Shown here: piece after piece, positions 1-9,174 of the stretch
Position numbering within the stretch: position 1 is the first letter of the stretch
Layout of the letters: each line of letters begins with the position of its first letter
From: Patescibacteria group bacterium UBA7435
Lineage (GTDB): Bacteria > Patescibacteriota > Minisyncoccia > Phycocordibacterales > UBA918
Direction of reading: 5' to 3'
Assembly (NCBI GenBank): GCA_002477545.1
Contig: DLQJ01000021.1
Location: forward strand, 1 to 60,750
Length of the DNA: 60,750 nt
Translations under genes and position numbers: made by a program
The notes under the pieces: model-generated
Databases searched by the model: none
Seen by the model: only the letters and a program-made list of their open reading frames with translations
Told to the model about the DNA's origin: nothing

Positions 1-1733
1 CTGCGAAAGACATCACCTCGTTTAGCTTCTCCGAAGGAACAGGAGATATTTCTGGGACAAACATATCAGTAAATGTACCCTTCGGTACCGACGTCACAGC
101 TCTGGTCCCAACCATTAGTATTACCGGCGCTTCGGTAAGTCCTCTTTCTGCAGTGGCACAGGATTTCTCAAGCCCTGTAGACTATACCGTTACTGCTGCT
201 GATGCATCGACCCAGACGTATACGGTGACTGTGAGTTTGGCTGCTGCAAGTACTATAGCAACCACCACCTCAGCTTCGTTTACTGTGAGCGTTGGAGGAA
301 CAGCGTCTGAAACAATTTCAAGTATCCCTTATGAGACATCACAAGCAACCTTCTTGTCGGCTATAAGTATGGGTGAACCCAACCAAACTTGGAATACTAC
401 AGGACTATCAGATCCCGTTGTTACAGGCGATACACTCGTAGTTACTGCACAAGATGGTACAACAGTGGTGACATACACCACTGCAGTCAATCTTCCAAGT
501 AGCATAGCAACCGCAACCTCCTCCACCTACACCGTAAACAACGGAGCATCCACCATCACCGGAGTTCCATATTTAACATCACAAGCAACTTTCCTTGCAG
601 CTATAAGTATGGATGAACCTAATCAGACTTGGGATACAGCAGGGCTCTCAGATCCTGTTGTGACTGGAGATGCGCTCGTAGTTACTGCGCAAGATACAGC
701 AACAATCGTAACGTATACCGTAACAGTTAACTTGCCAAGTAGCATAGTTACAGCCACTTCCTCTACCTATGCCGTAGACAACGCTACATCGACAATCACC
801 GGAATCTCATATGCAACAACACAGGCAGTATTCCTCGCGGCTATATCTAAAGATGAACCCAACCAAACTTGGAATACTACAGGACTATCAGATCCCGTTG
901 TTACAGGCGATACGCTTGTGGTTACCGCACAAGATGCAACAACCACAAAGACATACACACTTACTGTTGCCCTGAATTCTGCAAAAGCCATTACTGTATA
1001 CACAATTACTAATCAAGTAGGCGCTTCCGTAATAGATGAAGGTCTGCAGACTGTTGCTATTGTGATGCCCTCTGGAACAGACGTCACAGCTCTGGTCCCA
1101 ACCATTAGTATTACCGGCGCTTCGGTAAGTCCTCTTTCTGCAGTGGCACAGGATTTCTCAAGCCCTGTAGACTATACCGTTACTGCTGCTGATGCATCGA
1201 CCCAGACGTATACGGTGACTGTAACTAATGAGAGTAGCAGTGGAGGAGGAGGAGGTGGTGGTCGCAGCTCCTCTGGATCTGATGACGATGAGTCTACTGA
1301 AAAAGTTACTATAGAGGAATTAACTTCCCTCACTCCTTCGGAAGAACTTGAAGAACAGGCTCGGAAAAAAGTTCTATTGGCTCAAATAGATAAGATGCAA
1401 AAAATAATTCAGATTCTCACCGCACAGTTGGATAAAAAACAACAAAATTCTCTTCAGAGCCCTGCACTTCATCAATTCTCAAATAGGCTTAAAGTAGGGG
1501 ATCAGAGTCCTGACGTTCAGAGTCTGCAAAAGAAACTCAATAGTCTAGGATTTATAGTCTCACCCTCAGGACCAGGATCGCCAGGTAATGAAACTATATA
1601 TTATGGACCAGCAACCACTGCTGCTATTAAAAAGTTTCAATGTCGATACAACATTGTTTGTACAGGCACGCCACAAACTACCGGCTATGGAAATTTTGGC
1701 CCAATGACCAGACAAATGATTAGTTCATTTTAA
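1..1733 (+). CDS. Surface protein (5'-truncated by window): Thr-rich Ig/cadherin-like repeats, Gly/Ser linker, coiled coil, C-terminal peptidoglycan-binding domain
   Basis: Frame open from base 3; repeats of the VPFGTDVTALVPTI...YTVTV type and three ~80-aa repeats; C-terminal LKVGDQSPDVQSLQKKLN...YYGPATTAAIKKFQ PG-binding motif. Confidence 0.8.
   Translation, partial: AKDITSFSFSEGTGDISGTNISVNVPFGTDVTALVPTISITGASVSPLSAVAQDFSSPVDYTVTAADASTQTYTVTVSLAAASTIATTTSASFTVSVGGTASETISSIPYETSQATFLSAISMGEPNQTWNTTGLSDPVVTGDTLVVTAQDGTTVVTYTTAVNLPSSIATATSSTYTVNNGASTITGVPYLTSQATFLAAISMDEPNQTWDTAGLSDPVVTGDALVVTAQDTATIVTYTVTVNLPSSIVTATSSTYAVDNATSTITGISYATTQAVFLAAISKDEPNQTWNTTGLSDPVVTGDTLVVTAQDATTTKTYTLTVALNSAKAITVYTITNQVGASVIDEGLQTVAIVMPSGTDVTALVPTISITGASVSPLSAVAQDFSSPVDYTVTAADASTQTYTVTVTNESSSGGGGGGGRSSSGSDDDESTEKVTIEELTSLTPSEELEEQARKKVLLAQIDKMQKIIQILTAQLDKKQQNSLQSPALHQFSNRLKVGDQSPDVQSLQKKLNSLGFIVSPSGPGSPGNETIYYGPATTAAIKKFQCRYNIVCTGTPQTTGYGNFGPMTRQMISSF
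90..1222 (+). repeat. Intragenic direct repeats: 143-bp identical pair (90-232 and 1080-1222) and 60-bp identical pair (374-433 and 854-913)
   Basis: Direct base-by-base comparison; offsets 990 and 480 bp. Confidence 0.9.
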
Positions 1734-1767
1734 GATACGATATACGTTAGTATAAAAATGTATCTTC

Positions 1768-1938
1768 ACTCCGTCTTTCAATTCCCGGACGTGAGTGAAG
1801 CTGTTCACTCGCTTAGTCGCCCAGACAAAAGCTCCTTCGGGGAATTTTATATCTGGGCATCTACTATCCACGGAATGGAACCAGTTTGAGGAAATGACGG
1901 TGGATTGGTTGGAGGAGGCAAGGATCTGTTTCTTCTAG
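1768..1938. mobile_element. tRNA-His-derived junction repeat, copy 1 (partial structured element plus coding-like tail)
   Basis: actccgtctttcaattcccgg-[hairpin]-tagtcgccca-[hairpin]-tgggcatcta...ggaatggaaccagtttgagga...ggaggaggca matches 3245-3416 and, in part, 4555-4650. Confidence 0.85.
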
Positions 1939-1967
1939 ATTCTGTGGTTTTTGTTATAATGAACGTA

Positions 1968-2369
1968 ATGAGCAGAGTAAATAAAATACTATCTGTTGTA
2001 CTTCTTACGTTTTTCCTTGGAACAATGTTTTTCAGTTTGTTTCAGATGTCTGTGGGAATGGATATGTCAGGCGGAATGACTGACTGTCCGTTTATGTCAC
2101 ACGAAGAAGTTATCTGTCCAATGAACCTTGCCGACCATATGGGAGCATGGAAGTCAGTATTTCTCTCCGTCACCCCTACACTAACGCTACTTCTGGCTGT
2201 TGCTGGCATCGCAGCGTTTGTTACTTCAATTGCCCCAAATCTGTTGCAGAGAATACAATATCCTTTACCTTCACAAAATAGATGGCTTCAAATCAGAACA
2301 TATACTTTTTCATATAGACCACTGCAAGAACTGTTTTCAAACGGTATTCTTCACCCTAAATTGTACTGA
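1968..2369 (+). CDS. Membrane protein with Met/Cys/His-rich putative metal-binding segment
   Basis: Two hydrophobic helices; MDMSGGMTDCPFMSHEEVICPM; TATAAT 7 nt before ATG 1968. Confidence 0.7.
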   Translation: MSRVNKILSVVLLTFFLGTMFFSLFQMSVGMDMSGGMTDCPFMSHEEVICPMNLADHMGAWKSVFLSVTPTLTLLLAVAGIAAFVTSIAPNLLQRIQYPLPSQNRWLQIRTYTFSYRPLQELFSNGILHPKLY

Positions 2370-2408
2370 TATCTTTTTTGAGAATTTATCACTAACAACT
2401 AACTAAAC

Positions 2409-3026
2409 ATGAATCAAAATACAATTTTAATTGCAGTCATCGCACTGCTTATTGGAGGAATTGGAGGGTATGTAATTGCTGACAAGGATGACTACAGCAT
2501 GAGAGGAATGGATCATTCCATGATGCAATCAGACGATAGAGACGGTGATCGAATGCAGATGGGGAATATGATGGGTATGGATCATGGAGCCATGATGGTT
2601 TCAACCGAACGGGAGTTTGTTGCTGGAATGATCCCACATCATCAAGAGGCGGTAGATACGGCAACAGAAGTGCTTGAGCGGGGTGGTTCAGTTGAAGAAA
2701 TCCGAACGTTAGCAGAAGATATCATTGCTGCTCAAGAGACCGAGATTGCAATGCTTAAGCAGTGGCACTTGGGCTGGTATGGAGAAGAATATGGAGTAGA
2801 TGGTTCATACCAGCCAATGATGGGTGATTTGTCACAACTTTCAGGAGTAGATCTTGATAAGCGGTTTTTGGAAGACATGATTCCTCACCATATGGGAGCT
2901 ATCATGATGGCACAAAGTGTACGTCCTCACATTGAACATCAGGAAGTAACCGACATGGCTGATGCAATTATGGAAACGCAGACCGCTGAGATTGAGTTGA
3001 TGAGGAATCTGCTCATGAGTCTCTAA
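2409..3026 (+). CDS. DUF305 / CopM-like Met-His-rich metal (copper)-binding protein
   Basis: N-terminal membrane anchor; two F..GMIPHHQEAV / FLEDMIPHHMGAI repeats, each followed by I..Q..EI..M. Confidence 0.85.
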   Translation: MNQNTILIAVIALLIGGIGGYVIADKDDYSMRGMDHSMMQSDDRDGDRMQMGNMMGMDHGAMMVSTEREFVAGMIPHHQEAVDTATEVLERGGSVEEIRTLAEDIIAAQETEIAMLKQWHLGWYGEEYGVDGSYQPMMGDLSQLSGVDLDKRFLEDMIPHHMGAIMMAQSVRPHIEHQEVTDMADAIMETQTAEIELMRNLLMSL

Positions 3027-3130
3027 GAGAAAAACTTTCTAAAAAGTCCGCACGATTGTGCGGTCTTTTTAGTTCCACTACGGACAGTAGGTACAAATAA
3101 AATACTTTTATAAATAAGAGTATTTTGAGA

Positions 3131-3416
3131 TGGGTGACTACCGGGAAGGGAATTGGTCACGAATCACTAAGTATATTTGTTCACCTACGGCACCAAAACT
3201 ACTAAGTGTTCTCGACCCCGACTCGTCTGTCGTGAGCGACATGACTCCGTCTTTCAATTCCCGGTCGAAAGCAAAGTAGTTTGCTTTCTTAGTCGCCCAA
3301 AAGAAAAACCCCCAGAAGGGACTTTTTGTCGTGGGCACCTACTGTCCATGGAATGGAACCAGTTTGAGGAGTTGACGGTGGATTGGTTGGAGGAGGCACG
3401 GACGGTGTTTATGTAA
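3131..3416. mobile_element. tRNA-His-derived junction repeat, copy 2 (full structured element plus coding-like tail)
   Basis: tgggtgactaccgggaa...caattcccgg-[hairpin]-tagtcgccca inverted arms; tail encodes GHLLSMEWNQFEELTVDWLEEARTVFM*. Confidence 0.88.
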
Positions 3417-3442
3417 AAACCCCCGCCAATTTGGCAGGGGTT
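3414..3442. terminator. Intrinsic terminator-like hairpin
   Basis: aaaacccc-gccaatttggc-aggggtt between converging units. Confidence 0.55.
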
Positions 3443-3471
3443 ATGTTTATTAGGCAAACTGCCCAGTTGAC

Positions 3472-3966
3472 TCATAGCTTAATTGGAGGATTCCAAAAAA
3501 GCGTAGTCATGTCAGCCAATCTTTTACGAAAATCACGATCTTCGTCAGCCCAGTCGTTTAGTCGGCTCTTATCAAACCGTTTTGTTGGAAGGTTGAACTT
3601 TCTTGCGATTTGAGCAAGAACGTCTTTTTCGACAGGGATGTAGAGGTGGTCTGGAACGTTTGCTGCTTTTTCTGGAACACCTTCGGTGATTCCAATTTCT
3701 TGCATTGCTTGTACAAGATCGTAGCCAGAATGCGTTCTCCACTCCCAGTAACCGTTCAGCCCGTTCGTGATAGCCTTCCATGCGGCTGTCCGCTGCATTT
3801 CTTCAGGAAGGTCAAACTTGACCGCTAGGAAGAAACGATTGTTCCAGTAACACTGATGTGCCGCTTGGTTCTCGTAGACATCGAGAGCTGCTTTCTCAAT
3901 GTCCTCTTTGGAATAAGCAGTTGATCCTTTTAGAACATCGTCAATGATTGTGTGTGATTCTGGCAT
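3472..3966 (-). CDS. Hypothetical protein (cassette cargo)
   Basis: 164-aa ORF; AAGGAGG SD 6 nt upstream of ATG 3966; abuts the upstream gene's stop. Confidence 0.7.
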   Translation of the reverse strand: MPESHTIIDDVLKGSTAYSKEDIEKAALDVYENQAAHQCYWNNRFFLAVKFDLPEEMQRTAAWKAITNGLNGYWEWRTHSGYDLVQAMQEIGITEGVPEKAANVPDHLYIPVEKDVLAQIARKFNLPTKRFDKSRLNDWADEDRDFRKRLADMTTLFWNPPIKL

Positions 3967-3967
3967 A

Positions 3968-4357
3968 TCATGCCTCCTTACTTGTTTCGCCAGGGTAACT
4001 GGCTTTATAGCCAAGATTGGCGAGTTCCAGTTCTATCGACAGACTCGTGTCTTTGCCGATAGTTTGGTCGAGGTAAATACGACAAGCGTCATGAATCAGC
4101 TCCGCTCGTTCCTGATCGTTTTCAACACGTTCAGGAAAGTTATGGGCCCTGATGTGGATATTGATGTTAGGTGCATTGTGGTCCCATTCAGAACCAGTTT
4201 GAACTCGAACGATCACTTCGTCTTCAGTAACCCCTCCTTCATGGAGAAGAGAACCTTTGACGTTGAGATATTGAGCTGAAAGGCTAGGAATAGCACGAGC
4301 AAGCTCTACAGCTGCAAGTTCATTACCTGGCATGAAAGTCAGTATTGCCGTTGGCAC
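3968..4357 (-). CDS. Hypothetical protein (cassette cargo; possibly tautomerase-like)
   Basis: 129-aa ORF, GTG start with AAGGAG SD; Pro after the initiator; fold guess is weak. Confidence 0.65.
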   Translation of the reverse strand: MPTAILTFMPGNELAAVELARAIPSLSAQYLNVKGSLLHEGGVTEDEVIVRVQTGSEWDHNAPNINIHIRAHNFPERVENDQERAELIHDACRIYLDQTIGKDTSLSIELELANLGYKASYPGETSKEA

Positions 4358-4447
4358 GTTTAATCTCCTTTGTATATTGGCTCTGTAAAAGAGCGGTGCG
4401 ATTTTCTATGTCGAACAATACAACATAAAAAGTAATCTGTCTATATT

Positions 4448-4646
4448 TGGGCGACTACCGGGAATTGGTCACGAGTTACTAAGTATATTCCTGCGCTGCG
4501 CTTGAAATCTACTAAGTACTCTCGACCCCGACTCATTCGTGACAAAGTCACATCATTCCGTCTTTCAATTCCCGGCCGAAAGCAAAGCAGTTTGCTTTCT
4601 TAGTCGCCCAGACAAAAGAAAAGCCCCTTTCGGGGTTTCTTGTGTC
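4448..4646. mobile_element. tRNA-His-derived structured element, copy 3 (directly downstream of tRNA-His)
   Basis: tgggcgactaccgggaattg at 4448 is identical to the tRNA 3' end; an interrupted inverted copy follows, then a terminator-like hairpin abutting the tRNA. Confidence 0.88.
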
Positions 4647-4721
4647 TGGGCGACTACCGGGAATTGAACCCGAATTGAGAGTACCACAAACTCCAGTAAT
4701 AACCATTATACCATAGTCGCC
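4647..4721 (-). tRNA. tRNA-His (GTG)
   Basis: Reverse complement folds as a cloverleaf: G-1, GCGACTA/TAGTCGC acceptor, GGAGT-TTGTGGT-ACTCT anticodon arm, TCGGG-TTCAATT-CCCGG T arm, C73. Confidence 0.95.
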
Positions 4722-4826
4722 ATGTGTGTTGATTTTCTTCGCTATTCTATGTGGTGCGCATATTTATACCTATTTTTTGACCAAATGTACAGTGCGCTAG
4801 AGTGGGTGTGGTATACAATATAGGTA

Positions 4827-4916
4827 ATGGATACAGAAGGATTACAATCAGTGATATTTTTTATGTTTCTCTTGGGTGCAGGAGTGGGATTTTTTATTGC
4901 GAAGATTCTTCTGTAG
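4827..4916 (+). CDS. Small single-pass membrane protein (29 aa)
   Basis: MDTEGLQSVIFFMFLLGAGVGFFIAKILL*; TACAAT 7 nt before ATG. Confidence 0.45.
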   Translation: MDTEGLQSVIFFMFLLGAGVGFFIAKILL

Positions 4917-5023
4917 ATTTCTGCAGGTAATTTTTTGACAGAGCTTATCCCTGTTGTCTACTATATAAATGTACGTACTCTATATTATACTCAAGACTAT
5001 CTTAATGGTAATCAGTTTTATAT

Positions 5024-5416
5024 ATGAAGGGATTTATTGAAGAGTTTAAAGCGTTTGCAGTGAAGGGAAACGTAATTGATCTTGCAGTGGCGGTTGTTAT
5101 CGGTGCAGCGTTTGGGAAGATTGTATCTTCACTTGTTGCGAACATCATCATGCCTCTTGTCGGTGTAATTCTAGGGGGAGTAAGTTTCTCTGGTATGACG
5201 TATCAGGTAGGGGACGCAATGATCACTTACGGAGTATTCATTCAATCAATTGTTGATTTCGTAATTGTAGCGCTTGTAATCTTCATGGTTGTGAAGGCTA
5301 TTACTAAGGCACAGTCTATGGGTGAAGAAGAAGCTCCTTCAGAGGATGCTCCAGCTGAACCATCGGATGAAGTAAAATTGCTCACTGAAATTCGTGACAG
5401 TCTACGACGAAACTAA
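5024..5416 (+). CDS. mscL: Large-conductance mechanosensitive channel
   Basis: EFKAFAVKGNVIDLAVAVVIGAAFGKIV...LLTEIRD. Confidence 0.96.
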   Translation: MKGFIEEFKAFAVKGNVIDLAVAVVIGAAFGKIVSSLVANIIMPLVGVILGGVSFSGMTYQVGDAMITYGVFIQSIVDFVIVALVIFMVVKAITKAQSMGEEEAPSEDAPAEPSDEVKLLTEIRDSLRRN

Positions 5417-5425
5417 CCGCAGTGA

Positions 5426-5471
5426 AATATACAAAAAACCGGTGCTTTTGGCACCGGTTTTTTGTATATTT
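5426..5471. terminator. Intrinsic terminator
   Basis: aatatacaaaaaaccggtgc-ttttg-gcaccggttttttgtatatt. Confidence 0.75.
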
Positions 5472-5958
5472 TGCTTCATTTTTACATCACAACACAAACC
5501 CAAACGCTTGCGCAAGTGGGAGCGATATTGCTATCCACAGGTTGGCGCTAAGCCCCTTTTTTAAGCCCTTTGAAAATGTCCTGTGTTTTGGCTATATTTC
5601 ACTTTCTCATCATTTTTTTATCCCCAAAAGCACCGTACTTAGGGCTATTTTACAAACTACACAAGCAAGGATATTATGTATATATCACTCGATAACGACT
5701 CCACTTCCGAGTGTATCCTGAGGGGAGGATGCGCGATTATATCGTGCCATGTTAGCCGCATGGTTATATAGTTGTCGCCGCCTACCATACACTGATCTTT
5801 CTTAAAAATTATTGTCCTGACCATAAAAACGTCAGATACAACACACACCACACAATTATTTTTGCGAGAGATCTGATCCGCAATCCAACTGGAGGTAGTT
5901 GGACGCGGTTTATTAGCCCCTAAATTCTGGAGGAATTTAGGAAAAACATACTTATAAT

Positions 5959-8826
5959 ATGTTCACAGAAATCACAAAACGAAACGGAGACAAGGTGCCG
6001 TTTTCTACCGAAAAGATCATTGTTGCAATGCGTAAAGCATTCTCACAGGAGAATACTCCTGTTACTGACGATGTGCTGCAACAAATGTCTGATCGGGTTA
6101 TGGCGAAGCTTGAAAGTCTTTGCGAAGCTGCAACAGAGGAGCCGTGTCCAACAGTAGAGCAGGTACAAGATCTTGTAGAGGAGACCTTAATGGAGCGAGG
6201 ATATTTTGTAGTTGCAAAGCACTACATCCTCTATCGGTTCATGCAGACAGAAGGACGCAAGGACGAGGTGATCGAAAAGATTCAGAAAAATAGTCTGATG
6301 ATCAAAACTGCAGAAGGAGAGGAGCAGTTTTCGCGAGAAAGTGTACAAGCGTATGTAGAAAAGTTTGTTACTGGTCTTGAAGACAGCGTGAACCTTGAGG
6401 GAATCGTGAATCAAATTGAACGAGAAGTGTACGACGGCATTTCTACAAAAGAACTTACGAAGCTGGTAACACTGGTATTGCGCTCTAAAGTAGAGCTTGA
6501 TCCTGCGTACTCACAAGTAGCAGCGCGACAGTTGTGTGCACGAGTGTACGAAGAAGCGATTGCTGAAAATACTGACGTTACTGCAAAAGACTTCACGAAG
6601 AAGTATCGAGATGCATTTACGCGTAACATCAAGATTGCGGTAACTGATAAAAAGATAGCAGAAGGAATGCTCGAATTTGACATGAGCAAGATCACTGCAG
6701 CAATTGACCCAGAGCGCGACGATCTCTTCCGGTACCTCGGTGTTGAAACACTTAACGACCGATACTTCATTCGTGCAGCAGATGGCCACGTACTTGAGAC
6801 ACCACAATACATGTGGATGCGTGTAGCAATGGGACTTGCGCTTAATGAAGAGGATAAGGAAGCACGCGCAATTGAATTCTACGACGTAATGTCACAACTC
6901 CGATTTGTGCCTTCTACACCAACGTTGTTCCACGCAGGAACACCGCATCCACAACTTTCATCATGTTACCTCAACGTGGTTGAAGACGATCTAAACCATA
7001 TCTTCAAGGTATTTGGAGATAATGCTCAGCTTTCAAAGTGGGCGGGGGGCATCGGTACTGCATGGACAAAGCTCCGTGCAACAGGATCACTTATTAAAAC
7101 AGCTGGTATTACCTCACAAGGTACTATTCCATTCTTAAAAATCTCGAACGATGTGACGGTAGCCATCAATCGTTCTGGGCGTCGGCGTGGTGCGACGTGT
7201 GTATATATGGAAAACTGGCATTATGACTTCCTTGATTTCTTAGAGCTTAGAAAAAACACAGGAGACGAACGACGACGAACGCATGACATGAACACAGCAT
7301 CTTGGATTTCTGATTTGTTCATGAAGCGAGTGAAAGAGGGAGGTGACTGGACACTATTCTCACCGGATGAAGCTGTTGATCTTACCGAAACATACGGAAA
7401 AGAATTTGAGGAACTCTATACAAAATATGAAGAAATGGCTGACCGTGGAGAAATCAAACTCTTTAAGAAGATGAAAGCAGCTGACCTTTGGAAGCGACAT
7501 ATTGGAATGCTCTTTGAAACTGGTCACCCATGGGTAACATTCAAAGATCCTTCAAACATTCGTTCTCCGCAGGATCATGCAGGAGTGGTACATAATTCAA
7601 ACCTGTGTACTGAAATTACACTTAACACCTCAGCAACAGAAACTGCGGTATGTAACTTGGGATCAGTGAATTTCTCAAAGCATATGGAAGGCAGTACGTT
7701 TGACGAGAAGAAGGTTGAGGAAACTGTTACTACAGCAATGCGAATGCTTGATAACGTAATTGACCTAAACTTCTACCCAACCAAAGAAGCACAGCACTCA
7801 AACATGAAACATCGACCAGTAGGACTTGGAGTCATGGGATTCCAGGAGGCGCTGTATAGGATGAACGTTCAGTTTGATTCAGAAGAGTGTGTGACGTTTG
7901 CTGATTACTCACAGGAAGTAGTATCACGAGCAGCAATTGCTGCATCAAGTGATTTGGCACGAGAACGAGGATCGTACGAATCATTCCCGGGATCAAAATG
8001 GGATCGAGGCATTCTTCCAGTAGATACGATTAAACTCCTTGAAGAAAACCGAGGGATGAGTACAGGAGTTGATACTAGTGAAGCACTTGATTGGGCACCA
8101 GTACGAGACTCAATCAAAAAGTACGGTATGCGAAATAGTAACTGTATGGCAATTGCCCCAACAGCGACGATTTCAAACATCGCTGGATCTACTCCAGGTA
8201 TTGAACCGATCTACAAGAACATCTACGTTAAGGCGAACATCTCAGGAGACTTCATTGTGGTAAACAATGCATTGGTTGCTGACCTGAAGGAAGTAGGACT
8301 ATGGAGTAAAGACATGCTCGATATTCTGAAGTACCACGATGGTTCAGTGGCAAATATAACTGAAATTCCTTTGGAAATTCGAGCAAAGTATAAAGAAACG
8401 TTCGAGATTGATATGAAGTGGATTGTGAAGGCAGCGGCAGCGCGAGGGAAGTGGATTGATCAAGCGCAGTCATTGAACATTTTTTATTCTGGAACGTCCG
8501 GAAAAGAAATCAGTGATCTATATATGTATGCGTGGGAAGCGGGGGTAAAAACAACCTACTACTTACGTTCACTTGCTGCTACACAAGTTGAGAAATCAAG
8601 TATTAGCGCAGAAGGGTCACAGACACGAAAGAAGAACGATATTCCCGCAGTTACTACTGATGTAGCGGGACCAGAGGTGGCGACACCGTCACCAATGGCA
8701 ACCCCCTCACCAATTCAGAAGGAACAAATTGACGCTGCGAAGGTGGCTGAAATGGCTAAAAAGTTACCGAAAAAGGAGATACGGTTACACATTGCGGAAG
8801 AATCCCTGTGTGAATCTTGTGAATAA
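5959..8826 (+). CDS. nrdA: Ribonucleoside-diphosphate reductase alpha subunit (class I) with tandem N-terminal ATP-cone-like domains
   Basis: ITKRNG ATP cone; TPTLFHAG, QLSSC, SNLCTEI, CNLGS, AIAPTATIS, KTTYY; C-terminal CESC. Confidence 0.96.
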   Translation: MFTEITKRNGDKVPFSTEKIIVAMRKAFSQENTPVTDDVLQQMSDRVMAKLESLCEAATEEPCPTVEQVQDLVEETLMERGYFVVAKHYILYRFMQTEGRKDEVIEKIQKNSLMIKTAEGEEQFSRESVQAYVEKFVTGLEDSVNLEGIVNQIEREVYDGISTKELTKLVTLVLRSKVELDPAYSQVAARQLCARVYEEAIAENTDVTAKDFTKKYRDAFTRNIKIAVTDKKIAEGMLEFDMSKITAAIDPERDDLFRYLGVETLNDRYFIRAADGHVLETPQYMWMRVAMGLALNEEDKEARAIEFYDVMSQLRFVPSTPTLFHAGTPHPQLSSCYLNVVEDDLNHIFKVFGDNAQLSKWAGGIGTAWTKLRATGSLIKTAGITSQGTIPFLKISNDVTVAINRSGRRRGATCVYMENWHYDFLDFLELRKNTGDERRRTHDMNTASWISDLFMKRVKEGGDWTLFSPDEAVDLTETYGKEFEELYTKYEEMADRGEIKLFKKMKAADLWKRHIGMLFETGHPWVTFKDPSNIRSPQDHAGVVHNSNLCTEITLNTSATETAVCNLGSVNFSKHMEGSTFDEKKVEETVTTAMRMLDNVIDLNFYPTKEAQHSNMKHRPVGLGVMGFQEALYRMNVQFDSEECVTFADYSQEVVSRAAIAASSDLARERGSYESFPGSKWDRGILPVDTIKLLEENRGMSTGVDTSEALDWAPVRDSIKKYGMRNSNCMAIAPTATISNIAGSTPGIEPIYKNIYVKANISGDFIVVNNALVADLKEVGLWSKDMLDILKYHDGSVANITEIPLEIRAKYKETFEIDMKWIVKAAAARGKWIDQAQSLNIFYSGTSGKEISDLYMYAWEAGVKTTYYLRSLAATQVEKSSISAEGSQTRKKNDIPAVTTDVAGPEVATPSPMATPSPIQKEQIDAAKVAEMAKKLPKKEIRLHIAEESLCESCE

Positions 8827-8845
8827 GTACTAAATGTACTTATGC

Positions 8846-8925
8846 AAGAGATGAGACTGTCGCAAGGCGTTGACTATTATTTTCAAAGAAAATAATGACA
8901 ACCTGAACAGTCTCCGGAGGGGAAG
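8846..8925 (+). repeat. Palindromic element family B, copy B1
   Basis: tgagac..gtcgcaag-gcgttg-[hairpin]-gacaacctgaacag-[hairpin]. Confidence 0.7.
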
Positions 8926-9174
8926 TAGAACAAAGTTCTCTACACCCTTTAACAAAGTAGGTATGCAGGTACGGTATACTAAGTGAACAAGAGAAGAGGT
9001 GCTTGGCAGGGATTGTGTAACGCGATACGCAGTCCCCGCCAAGTGCCTCTTTTTGTCCAACAGAACTGCCTTAATGGCAGTTTTGTTCCCCTCAAAAATC
9101 TACACCACTTGGCATTTTTCTCCACTGCAGTACAATAGGCACAAGAAATCATTACCAACACTCAAAATACTATT

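Noticed and set aside
3177-3416. 79-aa ORF as a complete gene
   Set aside because: It runs through the palindromic element; only the last 27 codons show coding-like conservation and are treated as a remnant.
1768-4721. CRISPR array or classical integron
   Set aside because: Units are 1.3-1.5 kb with long structured junctions; there are no short regular repeat-spacer units, no cas or intI genes, and no recognisable attC RYYYAAC/GTTRRRY ends.
5470-5958. oriC or NrdR boxes upstream of nrdA
   Set aside because: Only a few imperfect DnaA-box-like words (ctatccaca, ttatcccca), no dnaA nearby, and no convincing NrdR palindrome.
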